Source: Terriglobia bacterium (lineage in GTDB: Bacteria > Acidobacteriota > Terriglobia > Acidiferrales > UBA7541). From it: 64,000 nt of DNA. Of this stretch, positions 28,589 to 38,775 are shown piece by piece. Both the position numbers and the translations under genes were made by a program. Within the stretch, counting starts at the first letter, position 1. Every line of letters starts with the position of its first letter. The notes below the pieces were generated by a model that worked only from the letters and a program-made list of their open reading frames with translations, was not told where the DNA came from and ran no database searches. Where the stretch lies: contig OY968796.1 in assembly GCA_963695545.1 (NCBI GenBank), positions 736,001-800,000 on the forward strand. The letters run 5' to 3'.

Positions 28589-30508
28589 ATGCTCAAAGGA
28601 AACGCATTCTCACGGCGCGCGCGACACAAGGTTTGGCCGCTCGGCCTGCCGATCGCGCTGGTGTGCGCGCTGGCGTGCGCGATTCCGGCGGCCGCGCGAG
28701 CCAGACACCGCGGCGGCCCTCCGCCTGACGTTCGGCAAGTGAGCACGGTGAGATCGGGGCGTCTCGCGACGCGTCCCGGCTTGCGCTTGCTGGTTACAAC
28801 CGATGACGGCAACGTGCAGATTTTCACCGATGCCATCGACGAGATTCGTTACACCGTGCGCGTTTCGGCCGACGCAAGCCAAGCCGGTGCGGCGGATTTG
28901 GTGCGGCATTATTCCGTGACGGCGCACGCCACGGTTTCCGGCGCGCAGATCGCGGGCGCGGCGCCTGCGAATACGCCTGAAGACGTACTGTGGATCGATT
29001 ACGAAATCCACGTGCCCAGCCACTACAGTTTGGATATTACGACGCAGGCCGGAAACATCGAGACGCAAGATATCGTCGGTCACATCTCGCTCACAACCGG
29101 CGGCGGCAACCTCACGGCCGGGCGCGTGGGACCAATTTGGCGGGCGCACGATGCGTCGCTGCGCGCTGGCCAAAATTATTCAGCGCGCCTTGAAACCGAC
29201 GGCGGACACATCACCATCGGCGACGTGGCCGGAGACCTGCGCGCCTCCACGGCCGGCGGGCACATCTCAACCGGCGACGTCCGCGGCCAAGTTGTGCTGC
29301 ACACCGGCGGCGGACACATTCATACGGGTTCGATCGCCGGCGGCGATCTCGGAACCGACGGCGGCAACATCGTGGTCGAACGGTCGAGCAACGGGCTTAC
29401 GGCTTCGACCGTCGGAGGGCAGATCAGCGTCGGCGAAGTGACCGGCGGCCCGGTGCATGCGCGAACCGGCGGCGGCGCGATTCACATCGCGCGCGTGATG
29501 GGGCCGACGGAAGTGGAATCGACGCGCGGTAACATCGCCCTCACTTGCCTTGACGGACCGCTGCGCGCTTCGACTTCGGACGGCACGATCACCGCGTGGT
29601 TCCTCGACGAATCGGCAGAGAAAGAGCCGGACGAGCCGGCCCATCGCGCGCGGCACGACGCGGCTCCTTCGGAACTTGAATCCAGACAAGGCGACATCGT
29701 GGTGTATCTGCCGCGCGAATTGCCGGTCACGATCGAAGCCACCGTCGAGCAGAGCCCTCTGCACCAGATCGTCGCTGATCCGTCGCTTCCGATGAAAGTG
29801 GATTACCCCGCGGGGCCGGGCGGCGCGGTGCGCGCGCAATGCGCGCTGAACGGCGGCGGCGACGTGCTTCGCCTGAAAGCCGACGCGGGAAACATCGTGC
29901 TGAAGTACGGCGATCCGGCCGCGGCCTTGCGCTACACCGAGCAGCAAATGGAACAACTGCACCAACAGTTTGAAGCGCAGATGGAATCACAAGTGGAATC
30001 GCTGCTGAACTCCGACACGTTGGAACAGATTGCGCGCCAGGCCGAAAAAGCTGACACATACGCCGATATCGAGAGCAAGGCGCAGACCGCTGTGCAACGA
30101 GCAGAGCAGCAGCAAGAGGCCGCCGAGCAACAAGCGCAGCAACAAGAACAGGCCGCGGAACAAGCGGAAGGACGTCTTGAGCGCCTGACGATGCGCTTTG
30201 AAGAGATGTGGTGGGGCGACGTTCACGTGGACGCGGATGTGCAGCAGAAAAAGTTGCTGACGCAGGTGACGCCGCAATATCCGGATGTCGCGCGGCAGGC
30301 GGGCGTGGAAGGAACGGTGACGCTGCGCGTGGAGATCGGCCCGGACGGCGCGGTCGAAGACATCGAACCCGTTTCCGGTCCGCCGCTATTGGAACGCGCC
30401 GCGGCGGAAGCGGTCGCGCAGTGGCGCTATGCGCCGACGCTGGTGGACGGCAACGCGGTGAATGTGGTGACGACGGTCTCGGTGGAATTTCATCTGAACC
30501 AGCAGTAA
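28589..30508 (+). CDS. Exported DUF4097-like beta-repeat protein fused to a Q/E coiled coil and a TonB C-terminal domain
   Basis: Signal peptide; repeated TxGGxI units; EQQQEAAEQQAQQQEQ linker; VTPQYP..A...GVEGTV.L...WRYAPT. Confidence 0.8.
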   Translation: MLKGNAFSRRARHKVWPLGLPIALVCALACAIPAAARARHRGGPPPDVRQVSTVRSGRLATRPGLRLLVTTDDGNVQIFTDAIDEIRYTVRVSADASQAGAADLVRHYSVTAHATVSGAQIAGAAPANTPEDVLWIDYEIHVPSHYSLDITTQAGNIETQDIVGHISLTTGGGNLTAGRVGPIWRAHDASLRAGQNYSARLETDGGHITIGDVAGDLRASTAGGHISTGDVRGQVVLHTGGGHIHTGSIAGGDLGTDGGNIVVERSSNGLTASTVGGQISVGEVTGGPVHARTGGGAIHIARVMGPTEVESTRGNIALTCLDGPLRASTSDGTITAWFLDESAEKEPDEPAHRARHDAAPSELESRQGDIVVYLPRELPVTIEATVEQSPLHQIVADPSLPMKVDYPAGPGGAVRAQCALNGGGDVLRLKADAGNIVLKYGDPAAALRYTEQQMEQLHQQFEAQMESQVESLLNSDTLEQIARQAEKADTYADIESKAQTAVQRAEQQQEAAEQQAQQQEQAAEQAEGRLERLTMRFEEMWWGDVHVDADVQQKKLLTQVTPQYPDVARQAGVEGTVTLRVEIGPDGAVEDIEPVSGPPLLERAAAEAVAQWRYAPTLVDGNAVNVVTTVSVEFHLNQQ

Positions 30509-30577
30509 GTATCCGGAAATTGTTCCGGCAGTGGGCCCGGAGTTGTGAACGACGCAAATTCGACCGGAGGTGCGAGC

Positions 30578-31339
30578 ATGCGCGCATTACGCATCGTGAC
30601 CTTGGTGGCGCTTGGGACATTGGCGGGGGCCGCGTGCACGGCGACGTGCCACGCGGACGACGAAGTGTTCGACAGGATCGTGCCGCTGCCCGCGGCGAAT
30701 TCGTTCGAGTTGCAAAACGTGAACGGGTCGGTGGATATCGAAGGCTGGGATCGAGATGACGTCGAAATCCACGCGGTGAAAACGGACAAGAACGGCCGCG
30801 CGGATCTGGACCGCGTGAAAATCGAGGTGCAGTCCGCGGCGGACCACGTCTCCGTGCAATCCGTTTATCCGAAGGACGACAGCGCGGAAGTTTCGGTCGC
30901 GTACACGATACGCGTACCGCAGCGCGTCCTCTTGCGCGAAATCGCCACAGTCAACGGCGACATTCGCATCCACGGCGTGAGAGCGACGGGGAAACTTCGC
31001 TCCGTGAATGGCGACGTGGAAGCGTATGACAGCACCGGCTCGCTCTCCGCGGAGACCACCAACGGGAATATTCGCCTGGAACTCTGCAGCCTTGCGGATT
31101 CCCCGCTGACCGCGCAAACCGTGAATGGTTCGATCGTGGTGACATTGCCCACGGGATCGGGCGCCGCTCTCGATGCGCGCTCACTCAACGGCGAGGTTAA
31201 GTCCGATCTGCCGTTCGCCGGCAGCTCCGCCGGGCGCAGGGAATTTCACGGCATGCTGGGAACCGGCGGCACATCAATGCGGCTCAGAACCGTAAACGGT
31301 TCGATCCACATCATGGCGTTCAGCGAAAACCCGCAGTAG
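30578..31339 (+). CDS. DUF4097 family (putative adhesin-like beta-repeat) exported protein
   Basis: Repeated (N/T/S)VNG(S/D)(V/I) units, N-terminal signal, GGAGG SD. Confidence 0.82.
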   Translation: MRALRIVTLVALGTLAGAACTATCHADDEVFDRIVPLPAANSFELQNVNGSVDIEGWDRDDVEIHAVKTDKNGRADLDRVKIEVQSAADHVSVQSVYPKDDSAEVSVAYTIRVPQRVLLREIATVNGDIRIHGVRATGKLRSVNGDVEAYDSTGSLSAETTNGNIRLELCSLADSPLTAQTVNGSIVVTLPTGSGAALDARSLNGEVKSDLPFAGSSAGRREFHGMLGTGGTSMRLRTVNGSIHIMAFSENPQ

Positions 31340-31416
31340 CAAAACATGCCCCCGAGCCTCTCGCGCCTCGCTCACGCCGCGCCTTGCGCGCCGTCGAACC
31401 GGTGAGGAGGGACACC

Positions 31417-32358
31417 ATGAAAATTCGCAGCAGTTCTGTTTTGAGTGGCGTGGCGCTCGCCGCGTTGCTTGCGGCTTGCGTACCGAGCGGCCTTCGAGCC
31501 CAGCAGCAACCGGCTCCCGCGCCGCAGCCGGCGCCCATGCGTGGCGCCCCAGATTTCCCCGTGCAAACCGTGCAGATCGATGACAGTCCCGGATGGCTCG
31601 GCGTGGCCATCGAAGAAGTGAGCGCCGACAAAGCCAAAGAACTGAAACTGCCGAGCGATCACGGCGTGCTGCTGACCGACGTCGACCAGGAGTCGCCCGC
31701 GACGAAAGCAGGATTAAAATCCGGCGACGTGGTGACTGAATACGACGGCCAGCGCGTCGAAGGAACGATGGCGTTTCGGCGGATGGTGCGCGAAACGCCG
31801 CCGGGCAGATCCATCGCGATTGGCTACTGGCGAGACGGACGCGCCGGCAGCGTCAATGTCGAACTGGGCAGCCTGGCTAGCGAGATGCAGGATCATGCGC
31901 GGCAGATGCAAGACCGCGCCGACGAAATGGCTCAGCGCGCTCAACAGCAGGTTGAGCAAGAAATGGCGCAGCATCCTATGGTTTTCAATTTCCCAGATAA
32001 CGCCGGAATGTTTGCGGGGCACGCGCCGACGATCGGGATTGTGGCGTTCGACCTTTCGGAGCAACTCGGGAATTATTTCGGCGCACCGGACGGCCAAGGC
32101 GTGCTGGTGAGCGAAGTGCGCGAGGCGACGCCGGCGGCGAAAGCGGGATTGCTGGCGGGCGACGTGATCACGAAACTCGATGGCGTGCGCGTGCACAACG
32201 TCGGCCAATTGCGCGAACAGCTGGCGGCGAAACGCGACGCCAAGTCCGTGACGCTGACGATTCTGCGCAGAGGCGCGGAACTTTCGGTCCCGGTCGAGCC
32301 GGAGGCACCGAATCCGCCCAAACCAGAGACCGACATCAATCGTCACATCGCTATGTAG
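31417..32358 (+). CDS. Exported protein with two PDZ domains and no protease domain
   Basis: GWLGVAI...SPATKAGLKSGDVV and TIGIV...TPAAKAGLLAGDVI; no GNSGG; GAGGAGG SD. Confidence 0.85.
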   Translation: MKIRSSSVLSGVALAALLAACVPSGLRAQQQPAPAPQPAPMRGAPDFPVQTVQIDDSPGWLGVAIEEVSADKAKELKLPSDHGVLLTDVDQESPATKAGLKSGDVVTEYDGQRVEGTMAFRRMVRETPPGRSIAIGYWRDGRAGSVNVELGSLASEMQDHARQMQDRADEMAQRAQQQVEQEMAQHPMVFNFPDNAGMFAGHAPTIGIVAFDLSEQLGNYFGAPDGQGVLVSEVREATPAAKAGLLAGDVITKLDGVRVHNVGQLREQLAAKRDAKSVTLTILRRGAELSVPVEPEAPNPPKPETDINRHIAM

Positions 32359-32381
32359 CGAATAGAATATTCCGGAAAATA

Positions 32382-32420
32382 TTTCGGGCCGCCCGCTGGT
32401 TGACACCGGGCGGCCCGAAA
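32382..32420. terminator. Probable bidirectional terminator hairpin between the convergent ECF operons
   Basis: Perfect 14-bp inverted repeat TTTCGGGCCGCCCG / CGGGCGGCCCGAAA with an 11-nt loop and A/T-rich flanks. Confidence 0.65.
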
Positions 32421-32457
32421 ACCTTCTTAATTCGATTCTCCGGAGACTCGTTCGCGC

Positions 32458-33180
32458 CTACTGGCGCTCGACAACCACCTGCGACGCGGGGACTTCAATG
32501 CGCATCAGCTTGTGGCCGGCGTCGCAGAACAAATGGATCTCAAGATCGGCTGACTTCACAATCAGCTCTGAAAGACCGCCGCTCGCGCCAGCAGCGCTGA
32601 CCTTGATCGAGCCGGGCGTAATGTCCTGCGGAATCAGCACGGGGAAGCTCTGTTCGCCGCCCGCGCTCCAATCGTAGATCCGCGCGAGCACGGCGTATTG
32701 CTCGTAGAGATTGTTGTCGAGCACCACGACGTTCGGCGTGACGAACTTAAAATCCTGGTGATAGGGATGGCCGCTTCCGAAATCCGTCAGCGTCTTCGCG
32801 GTGCCGCCATCGAAATCCACAGAACCCGAGGCTTTCTTCGGCGAATCCGTGGACCAAGCGTAATGAATCGCGGTGCCGTCGGCGGCCAGATGCAGCTCGC
32901 CGGTGGTTTTCATGTCGTCGCCACCGGGCGTGTGCGCCTCGGTCGAGCCGCGCACGATCCACTTCCCTTCGGACGATGAAATCTCGAAATCCTCCGTGCC
33001 GATCGATTGACCGGCGAGCAGAATGCGAAATTTGCCTTTGTCGGCCGCCATCACAACGGCAGACGCGGAAGCTGGTTTACTCTGCGCGCGAGCCGTGGAG
33101 GACCACGCGGCGCCGGCGAATGCCAAGCCGGTGAAAACAAGTCCGCGAAAAATTGGTTTGATCAGCGCGGTGCGATTCAT
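32458..33180 (-). CDS. Exported beta-rich hypothetical protein
   Basis: Signal peptide ending ARA-Q; alternating beta pattern; 4-nt overlap with aroK. Confidence 0.7.
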   Translation of the reverse strand: MNRTALIKPIFRGLVFTGLAFAGAAWSSTARAQSKPASASAVVMAADKGKFRILLAGQSIGTEDFEISSSEGKWIVRGSTEAHTPGGDDMKTTGELHLAADGTAIHYAWSTDSPKKASGSVDFDGGTAKTLTDFGSGHPYHQDFKFVTPNVVVLDNNLYEQYAVLARIYDWSAGGEQSFPVLIPQDITPGSIKVSAAGASGGLSELIVKSADLEIHLFCDAGHKLMRIEVPASQVVVERQ

Positions 33181-33806
33181 GCAATCACCTTGCCTGACTT
33201 TGGATTGAGCGCGAGTGGCCCATCGCCATCGAGAATCCCGAGGGCGCGAATTCGGTCCACGGCTTCGCGCGGGTCCGCGGCGCTCTTCACGCGATAGTCG
33301 GCCTGCTGATAGAAAGGCAGGCGCTCTTCGTAGAGTTTGCGGAAGCTTGCTTCGTCACGGAAAAGCGGGCGATCGGGCATCAGCACGCAACGCGCGAGGA
33401 GTTCTTCGACCGGAGTATCGAGCCAGAGAACCAGCGCGCCGGCATCGCGAAGCATCGCGACATTGCGGGGCTGCACGAAAGTTCCGCCGCCGAGCGCCAG
33501 CACGAACGAGGCTTCCTGGGCAGCCGACGAACTGAGGATACGCACCAAACATTCGTGCTCGATATCGCGAAACACGGGTTCGCCGCTACGCGAAAAAATT
33601 TCGGCGATGGGCAAGCCCGCGTGGCTTTCGATTTCTTCGTCCAGATCGACGAAGCGCCAGGCAAGTTGCGCGGCGAGGAGTTTGCCGACGGTGGTTTTAC
33701 CGGAGCCCATGAAGCCGGTGAGGCAGGCAAGACGGCGCCGGGGCGAGGCCCCAGACGAAATCGAAATGGGATGGCGCGATTCGGGCAAGGGATCCGAAGC
33801 GCTCAC
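33177..33806 (-). CDS. aroK: Shikimate kinase
   Basis: LTGFMGSGKTTVG, FVDLD, GE..FR..E, ALGGG, RPL, R.PFY. Confidence 0.9.
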   Translation of the reverse strand: MSASDPLPESRHPISISSGASPRRRLACLTGFMGSGKTTVGKLLAAQLAWRFVDLDEEIESHAGLPIAEIFSRSGEPVFRDIEHECLVRILSSSAAQEASFVLALGGGTFVQPRNVAMLRDAGALVLWLDTPVEELLARCVLMPDRPLFRDEASFRKLYEERLPFYQQADYRVKSAADPREAVDRIRALGILDGDGPLALNPKSGKVIA

Positions 33807-34678
33807 TCACGCTTCAGAATCTTGATTGTACCACTGAAGGACGACAGCTCGACTTTGGCGTTGCCCTGATTGACAGAGCCGAACAAGCCGTTGCCGAACT
33901 TCGGCGGCTTGGCCTTGCCGTGCGTGTCGGGCATCACGGGCGCTTCGTTGATCACTTTTCCATAGAGCGAACTCGCGCTGACGTCGAATGAATCGGTAGG
34001 TGCGAAGCGGACTTCGATCGTGCCGGTGGAATTCTTCAGAACGTAGATGCCGCGGCGCAGAAAATTTCCATCGAACAGGATGTTGCCGGAAGAGGTTTGG
34101 ATGCGCACGCTATCCATCGAAGGCTGCAGCAGCTGAAAGCTGCCACCGATCGAATTCGCGTCCAAACTTCCCGCGCAGCGCGTGCACACCAGCGAGCCAT
34201 CGACGCTCTTCACGACCAGATATCCGTCGACGTCGGAAAGCTGCAAACTGGCGCCCACGGTGTCGAAGGTCATGTCGCCGTGCACGCTCTCCACGGTGAC
34301 GCTGCCGGAATCGCTGCGCACTTGCAGGGCTGTGTCTTGGGGCACGGTGATCACGTAGTTGGCCACGAGCTCATCCGGCGCGGGATTGTCGCCGGTGATC
34401 TCGGTTTCGGCCTCGATGCGATCGTCGGCCTGTTCGGCCGAAATGTCGATCTTGTCGCTTGCGAAATCGGCGACGATCTTCACTTCGTTCTTCTCCCAGG
34501 ACTTCACCTCCACCACACCGCTCGCGTTGTGCAGCGTCACGAGAGGCTTGCCGGTGACCGGGAAATATCGTTCAAAGTGGCGCGACTGCGCGAAAGCGGG
34601 CGACCCCATCAGCAGCAAGGCGCCGGCAACGACTACGGGAACTCCGACAACATTCCGAATTGATCGCATGGCGTTCAT
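33803..34678 (-). CDS. DUF4097 family exported protein
   Basis: Signal peptide (AFA-Q); repeated SxSGxV/I units; C-terminal SSFSGTIKI. Confidence 0.8.
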   Translation of the reverse strand: MNAMRSIRNVVGVPVVVAGALLLMGSPAFAQSRHFERYFPVTGKPLVTLHNASGVVEVKSWEKNEVKIVADFASDKIDISAEQADDRIEAETEITGDNPAPDELVANYVITVPQDTALQVRSDSGSVTVESVHGDMTFDTVGASLQLSDVDGYLVVKSVDGSLVCTRCAGSLDANSIGGSFQLLQPSMDSVRIQTSSGNILFDGNFLRRGIYVLKNSTGTIEVRFAPTDSFDVSASSLYGKVINEAPVMPDTHGKAKPPKFGNGLFGSVNQGNAKVELSSFSGTIKILKRE

Positions 34679-35418
34679 CGTCCTCCGACTGCGCTCCGAT
34701 CCATCGCTACGGCCAGAAGCTGAGCTTTCTGCTGATACGCGTCGTAGAGGTATTCGCGGGCCATCTCGTTGTCGGGTTCTTCGCGGACACTCTTTTCACA
34801 CACGGCAATAAAGTTGTCAATCTCACCGAGATCGTGGTGCAACTCTTCGGCCACCTGCGGATCGCGTTGCGGCAGCGATGCGATGCTGGCCTCGGAAGCG
34901 TCGAGCGATCCGTCGAGCGATCCGGTAGTCTGCGATTCGACTGCGGCTTGCAATTCGGTGCCAGGCACCGCCGCGGGCTCCAGCACGGCGCTTGCCGGCG
35001 TGGTCGTCAGGCTGTCCACGCTGAAAAGCCCGGCCACAATCAGGGAGACGCCCAGCACGGCGCCCGCAAAAGCAGGGCGTTGGAAAACAGCCCACCAGCC
35101 GGCGTGAACCGGCGCGCGCTCAACATCGACAGGACGCTCGAGTTCTAGATCGCGATCAACGCCAAGTTCACGGATTCGCCCTTCGGCTTCAAGCTCGGCG
35201 CGAATCCGCGTCCACAGCCAATCCGGCGGCGCCACTTCCTCTTGCGCCAATTCGAGCGCAGCTGCGCCGATCAGGTGGAAATCGGCTTCGAGCGCCTGGC
35301 AATCGGCGCATCCCGCCACGTGAACGGCCACCGCTTCCGGCAGTGGACCGTCCGGTTCGCGTTCGAGAACTCGCTCTAGTTCATGGCACGACATGTCCGT
35401 AATCCGTCCTTCGCTCAT
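34675..35418 (-). CDS. Anti-sigma factor (ZAS N-terminus, TM, short helical C-terminal domain)
   Basis: SCHE...HVAGCADC, PPDWLW..I, one TM; directly downstream of an ECF sigma. Confidence 0.8.
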   Translation of the reverse strand: MSEGRITDMSCHELERVLEREPDGPLPEAVAVHVAGCADCQALEADFHLIGAAALELAQEEVAPPDWLWTRIRAELEAEGRIRELGVDRDLELERPVDVERAPVHAGWWAVFQRPAFAGAVLGVSLIVAGLFSVDSLTTTPASAVLEPAAVPGTELQAAVESQTTGSLDGSLDASEASIASLPQRDPQVAEELHHDLGEIDNFIAVCEKSVREEPDNEMAREYLYDAYQQKAQLLAVAMDRSAVGGR

Positions 35419-35476
35419 TCCGTACTGTCTTCAATCCGGAGTCCCGACCGTGGCACCGACCCTGCTTCTTGCCTAC

Positions 35477-36121
35477 TTAATCCGATGATGAAAAACCTCC
35501 GCGGGCTGCCTGACGCTGTTCCCGCGCTTGCTGACGCAGCGTTTCCTGCAACAGTTCGCGCAGCCGCATGCGTGCCTTGTGGAGCTGCGACTTCGAGTTG
35601 CCGATCGAGCAATTCATAATCTGCGCGATCTCGTTATGTTCGTACCCTTGGATGTCATGCAAGACGAAGACCGCTTTGTAGCCCGGCGGCAACTGCGTGA
35701 TCGCGCGTTCCAAATGTACGCGATCCACCGAACCCGAAAGCAACAGGTCCGGGCCGCCGATATCTCTACGCGGGCCGCCGGTCTCTTCATCCGGCTCGGT
35801 CTCTTCTTCGAGCGAAGTTTCCGCCAGAGTTTTCCTGCGCAGCTTCATCAGCACGACGTTGACCGACAGCCGATGCAGCCAGGTGGTGAAAGCCGATTCA
35901 CCCCGAAACGTAGCGATCTTGCGAAACAACTGCAGGAACGCTTCCTGAGTCAGGTCTTCGGCTTCGGCCGGGTTGCTCACCATGCGCAGGCACAAAGCGT
36001 AAACGCGGCGGTTGTGCAGGCGATAGATATGCTCAAACGCCTCCGCATTACCCTGTTGGGCCAGGCGGATGGCATCTGCCTCCGACAACTCACCGATTTC
36101 ACTTCGCCTCGTGCGGGTCAC
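35477..36121 (-). CDS. ECF RNA polymerase sigma factor (ECF-2)
   Basis: [48 protein letters not shown]...[11 protein letters not shown]. Confidence 0.94.
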   Translation of the reverse strand: MTRTRRSEIGELSEADAIRLAQQGNAEAFEHIYRLHNRRVYALCLRMVSNPAEAEDLTQEAFLQLFRKIATFRGESAFTTWLHRLSVNVVLMKLRRKTLAETSLEEETEPDEETGGPRRDIGGPDLLLSGSVDRVHLERAITQLPPGYKAVFVLHDIQGYEHNEIAQIMNCSIGNSKSQLHKARMRLRELLQETLRQQAREQRQAARGGFSSSD

Positions 36122-36302
36122 TCTACCCGTCGGGACGACACCCGCGATTTGGGATGCGTCCCCCGCCTCCTGAGTTGTACTCCGCTAACTCCCGCGTGAT
36201 AACTGTTCGCGCAAAGCGCTGCGCACATAGGATTCATCCCCATCATACGGGGGTTCAGCCGGAACTGCCTTTTCGTATTCTCCGCGGACAACGGCGCGAC
36301 GT

Positions 36303-36989
36303 CTAGCTGGCAAGCGCCCTGAGCGACGGCATGCGGGTAAGGAGCTTCTCGCGGAAGGGGCCGACTTCTTCGCTCGGCAAAACGCAGAAAAACGACTTCA
36401 ATACGATCACCGTCTCCCGCAGGCAGGTATTCAAATCGTAGTCCAGGACTTCCAGGACCCGGCATTCCCGCTCGATGGTTGCTGCGCCGCGGCCGGCCAG
36501 CGCCTCCGCCGCCGCGCCGGATTCCTTCTGAATTGCGTCCAGCGCTTCGATGAGGGCATGCAATTTGTGGAAAAACCTTGTCCGCCCTTGGAACAAGCAA
36601 CTCGCGAGCAGATGATCTGTTCGGGCGATGCGCTGCGGACCCACGCCGCGGAAATTCTCGACTGCAAGAGGTTCGACGTTTGGCAGGGTGCCGTAATGGC
36701 GGCCATGCTCTTCCATCGCGCACAAAACCCCTTGCAGACTCAGCGCCAGCCGGTCGAGCAGCGCCGCGAAGACCGCGGCGTATTCCCGGGCGTTCATCAC
36801 GCGTCCTGCCGCCCACGAATCGAAGACCTCGTTTAGAGTGACGCTCTGAATGACGTAGGAAGCCTCGAGCTCATCGAGCGCAGCGCCGTACAGGCGATGG
36901 CTGCCCTCGGGCAGCGACGCAATCCAGTCTCGCCGCACTGTGCCGACACCAGTAGAACTCGATTTGCGACGCGCTTGCCCCACGCCCAA
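36303..36989 (-). CDS. Helical hypothetical protein upstream of ECF-2
   Basis: 228-aa ORF with protein-like amphipathic helices, co-oriented with the ECF-2 operon and divergent from lysS. Confidence 0.65.
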   Translation of the reverse strand: MGVGQARRKSSSTGVGTVRRDWIASLPEGSHRLYGAALDELEASYVIQSVTLNEVFDSWAAGRVMNAREYAAVFAALLDRLALSLQGVLCAMEEHGRHYGTLPNVEPLAVENFRGVGPQRIARTDHLLASCLFQGRTRFFHKLHALIEALDAIQKESGAAAEALAGRGAATIERECRVLEVLDYDLNTCLRETVIVLKSFFCVLPSEEVGPFREKLLTRMPSLRALAS

Positions 36990-37152
36990 GCCTCCGAGTC
37001 GCGGTATGATACCACACCGGATGCGGGTCGGCGTTCAAGGCCCAAGCGCGGACGCCCGACGCGCCTTTGCGTGCTCTTTGGCAAGATTTTGGGTGCCATC
37101 GGCGCGCGAACCCGCGAACCGAAGCTGCGAAAGAACAGAAAGGATCGCCGCC

Positions 37153-38775
37153 TTGCCGTTTGAACCGCTTGACCAATACCTACAGCGGCAGAAAAAACTC
37201 GCGGAAATCGAGGCGCTCGGTTACGAAGCTTATCCGCATCGCTTCGATCCGACGGCCACGCCCGCCGAAATCGTCGCGCGCTATGCCGATATGCCGGCCA
37301 CCGACCTCGAGGCGAAAAAACCCTCGGTTCGCGTGGCCGGGCGCATCATGACGCTGCGCCTCCACGGCAAGGCGGGCTTCGCGCATATTGCCGGAGCCGG
37401 GCAGCGCTTGCAGATTTACGTCAAGCTGGACATCGTTGGCGAGCGCGCCTTTAAATTTTTTCAGTTGCTCGATCTCGGAGACTCCATCGGCGTCTCCGGT
37501 CACATCTTCCGCACCAAGACGGGCGAGCTAACTGTGTGGGTCGAGCAGCTCACCTTGCTCGCGAAAGCTTTGCTGCCTCTGCCGGAAAAATGGCACGGTC
37601 TTTCGGACCGCGAACGGCGCTATCGCCAGCGGTATCTCGATCTGATCGTCAACGAGGATTCGCGGCGCGTATTCATGCGGCGCGCGCAGATCGTGCGCGA
37701 GTTGCGCCGGTTTTTCGACGCGCACGGTTACATCGAAGTGGAAACTCCGATGATGCAATCCATCGCCGGCGGCGCCGCGGCGCGCCCGTTCGTCACGCAT
37801 CACAATACGCTCGACGTCGATCTCTATCTTCGCGTCGCTCCTGAGTTGTACTTGAAGCGCCTGATCGTCGGCGGACTCGATCGCGTCTACGAAATCAACC
37901 GAAATTTCCGCAACGAGGGAATTTCGACGCAGCACAATCCCGAATTCACGATGCTCGAGTTCTATCAAGCCTATAGCGATTACCGCGACTTGATGTCGCT
38001 CACCGAAGAGCTCTTCGCCGCGCTCGCGCGCCAACTCTACGGCACCACCGTGATTCGCTTCGGCGAGCACGAAATCGATCTGGGGCGCTGGCAGCGCCTC
38101 ACGATGCGAGAGGCTATCGTGCGCTACTGGCCCCACGCGGCTGCACTGCCTCCCACGATCGAAGAATTGGCCGCTCCCGGCGGCGCGCGCGCTGTCGCCG
38201 AGCGTTTCAACGCGTGGGCCACCAGGCAACGGCCGGATCCGACCGACGGCGCGCCCACGATTACCGGCGCCGACCCGATTGGCGGCATCGAGAAAATGAC
38301 CGACGGTGAAATCACCGGCGTGCTTTTTGAAACCGTCGCCGAGCAGAAACTGATTCAGCCGACGATCATTTACGATTTCCCGACCGACATTTCGCCCCTC
38401 GCGAAGTGCAAGCCAGGCGATGAATCTCTTGTCGAGCGCTTCGAGATTTTTATTGTCGGCATGGAGTTCGGCAACGCCTTCTCCGAATTGAACGATCCCG
38501 CCGAGCAGGAGCGCCGTTTTCAAGCGCAAGTGAAACAAGGCAGCGCTGATGCTCCGCGCGAAGTCGATCTCGATTACGTGCGCGCTCTTGCGTACGGCAT
38601 GCCGCCCACGGCCGGCGAAGGCATCGGCATCGATCGCCTGGCGATGCTTTTGACCGATTCGCATTCGATTCGCGATGTAATTCTGTTTCCGCTGCTGCGG
38701 CCTGAGGCCAATGACGACGCGCGCGCGGACGCAAGCAGCGACGCACCGCGCGAGGCCGGCGGCAAAACGACATGA
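37153..38775 (+). CDS. lysS: Lysine--tRNA ligase (class II)
   Basis: [56 protein letters not shown]; probable TTG start. Confidence 0.96.
   Translation: MPFEPLDQYLQRQKKLAEIEALGYEAYPHRFDPTATPAEIVARYADMPATDLEAKKPSVRVAGRIMTLRLHGKAGFAHIAGAGQRLQIYVKLDIVGERAFKFFQLLDLGDSIGVSGHIFRTKTGELTVWVEQLTLLAKALLPLPEKWHGLSDRERRYRQRYLDLIVNEDSRRVFMRRAQIVRELRRFFDAHGYIEVETPMMQSIAGGAAARPFVTHHNTLDVDLYLRVAPELYLKRLIVGGLDRVYEINRNFRNEGISTQHNPEFTMLEFYQAYSDYRDLMSLTEELFAALARQLYGTTVIRFGEHEIDLGRWQRLTMREAIVRYWPHAAALPPTIEELAAPGGARAVAERFNAWATRQRPDPTDGAPTITGADPIGGIEKMTDGEITGVLFETVAEQKLIQPTIIYDFPTDISPLAKCKPGDESLVERFEIFIVGMEFGNAFSELNDPAEQERRFQAQVKQGSADAPREVDLDYVRALAYGMPPTAGEGIGIDRLAMLLTDSHSIRDVILFPLLRPEANDDARADASSDAPREAGGKTT

Noticed and set aside
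30095..30170. CAG/CAA-rich repeat-like DNA
   Set aside because: Encodes the Gln/Glu coiled coil; not a CRISPR array or DNA-level repeat.
36940..37152. N-terminal extension of lysS in the track
   Set aside because: Overlaps the divergent gene start and promoter region; LysS similarity begins near TTG 37153.
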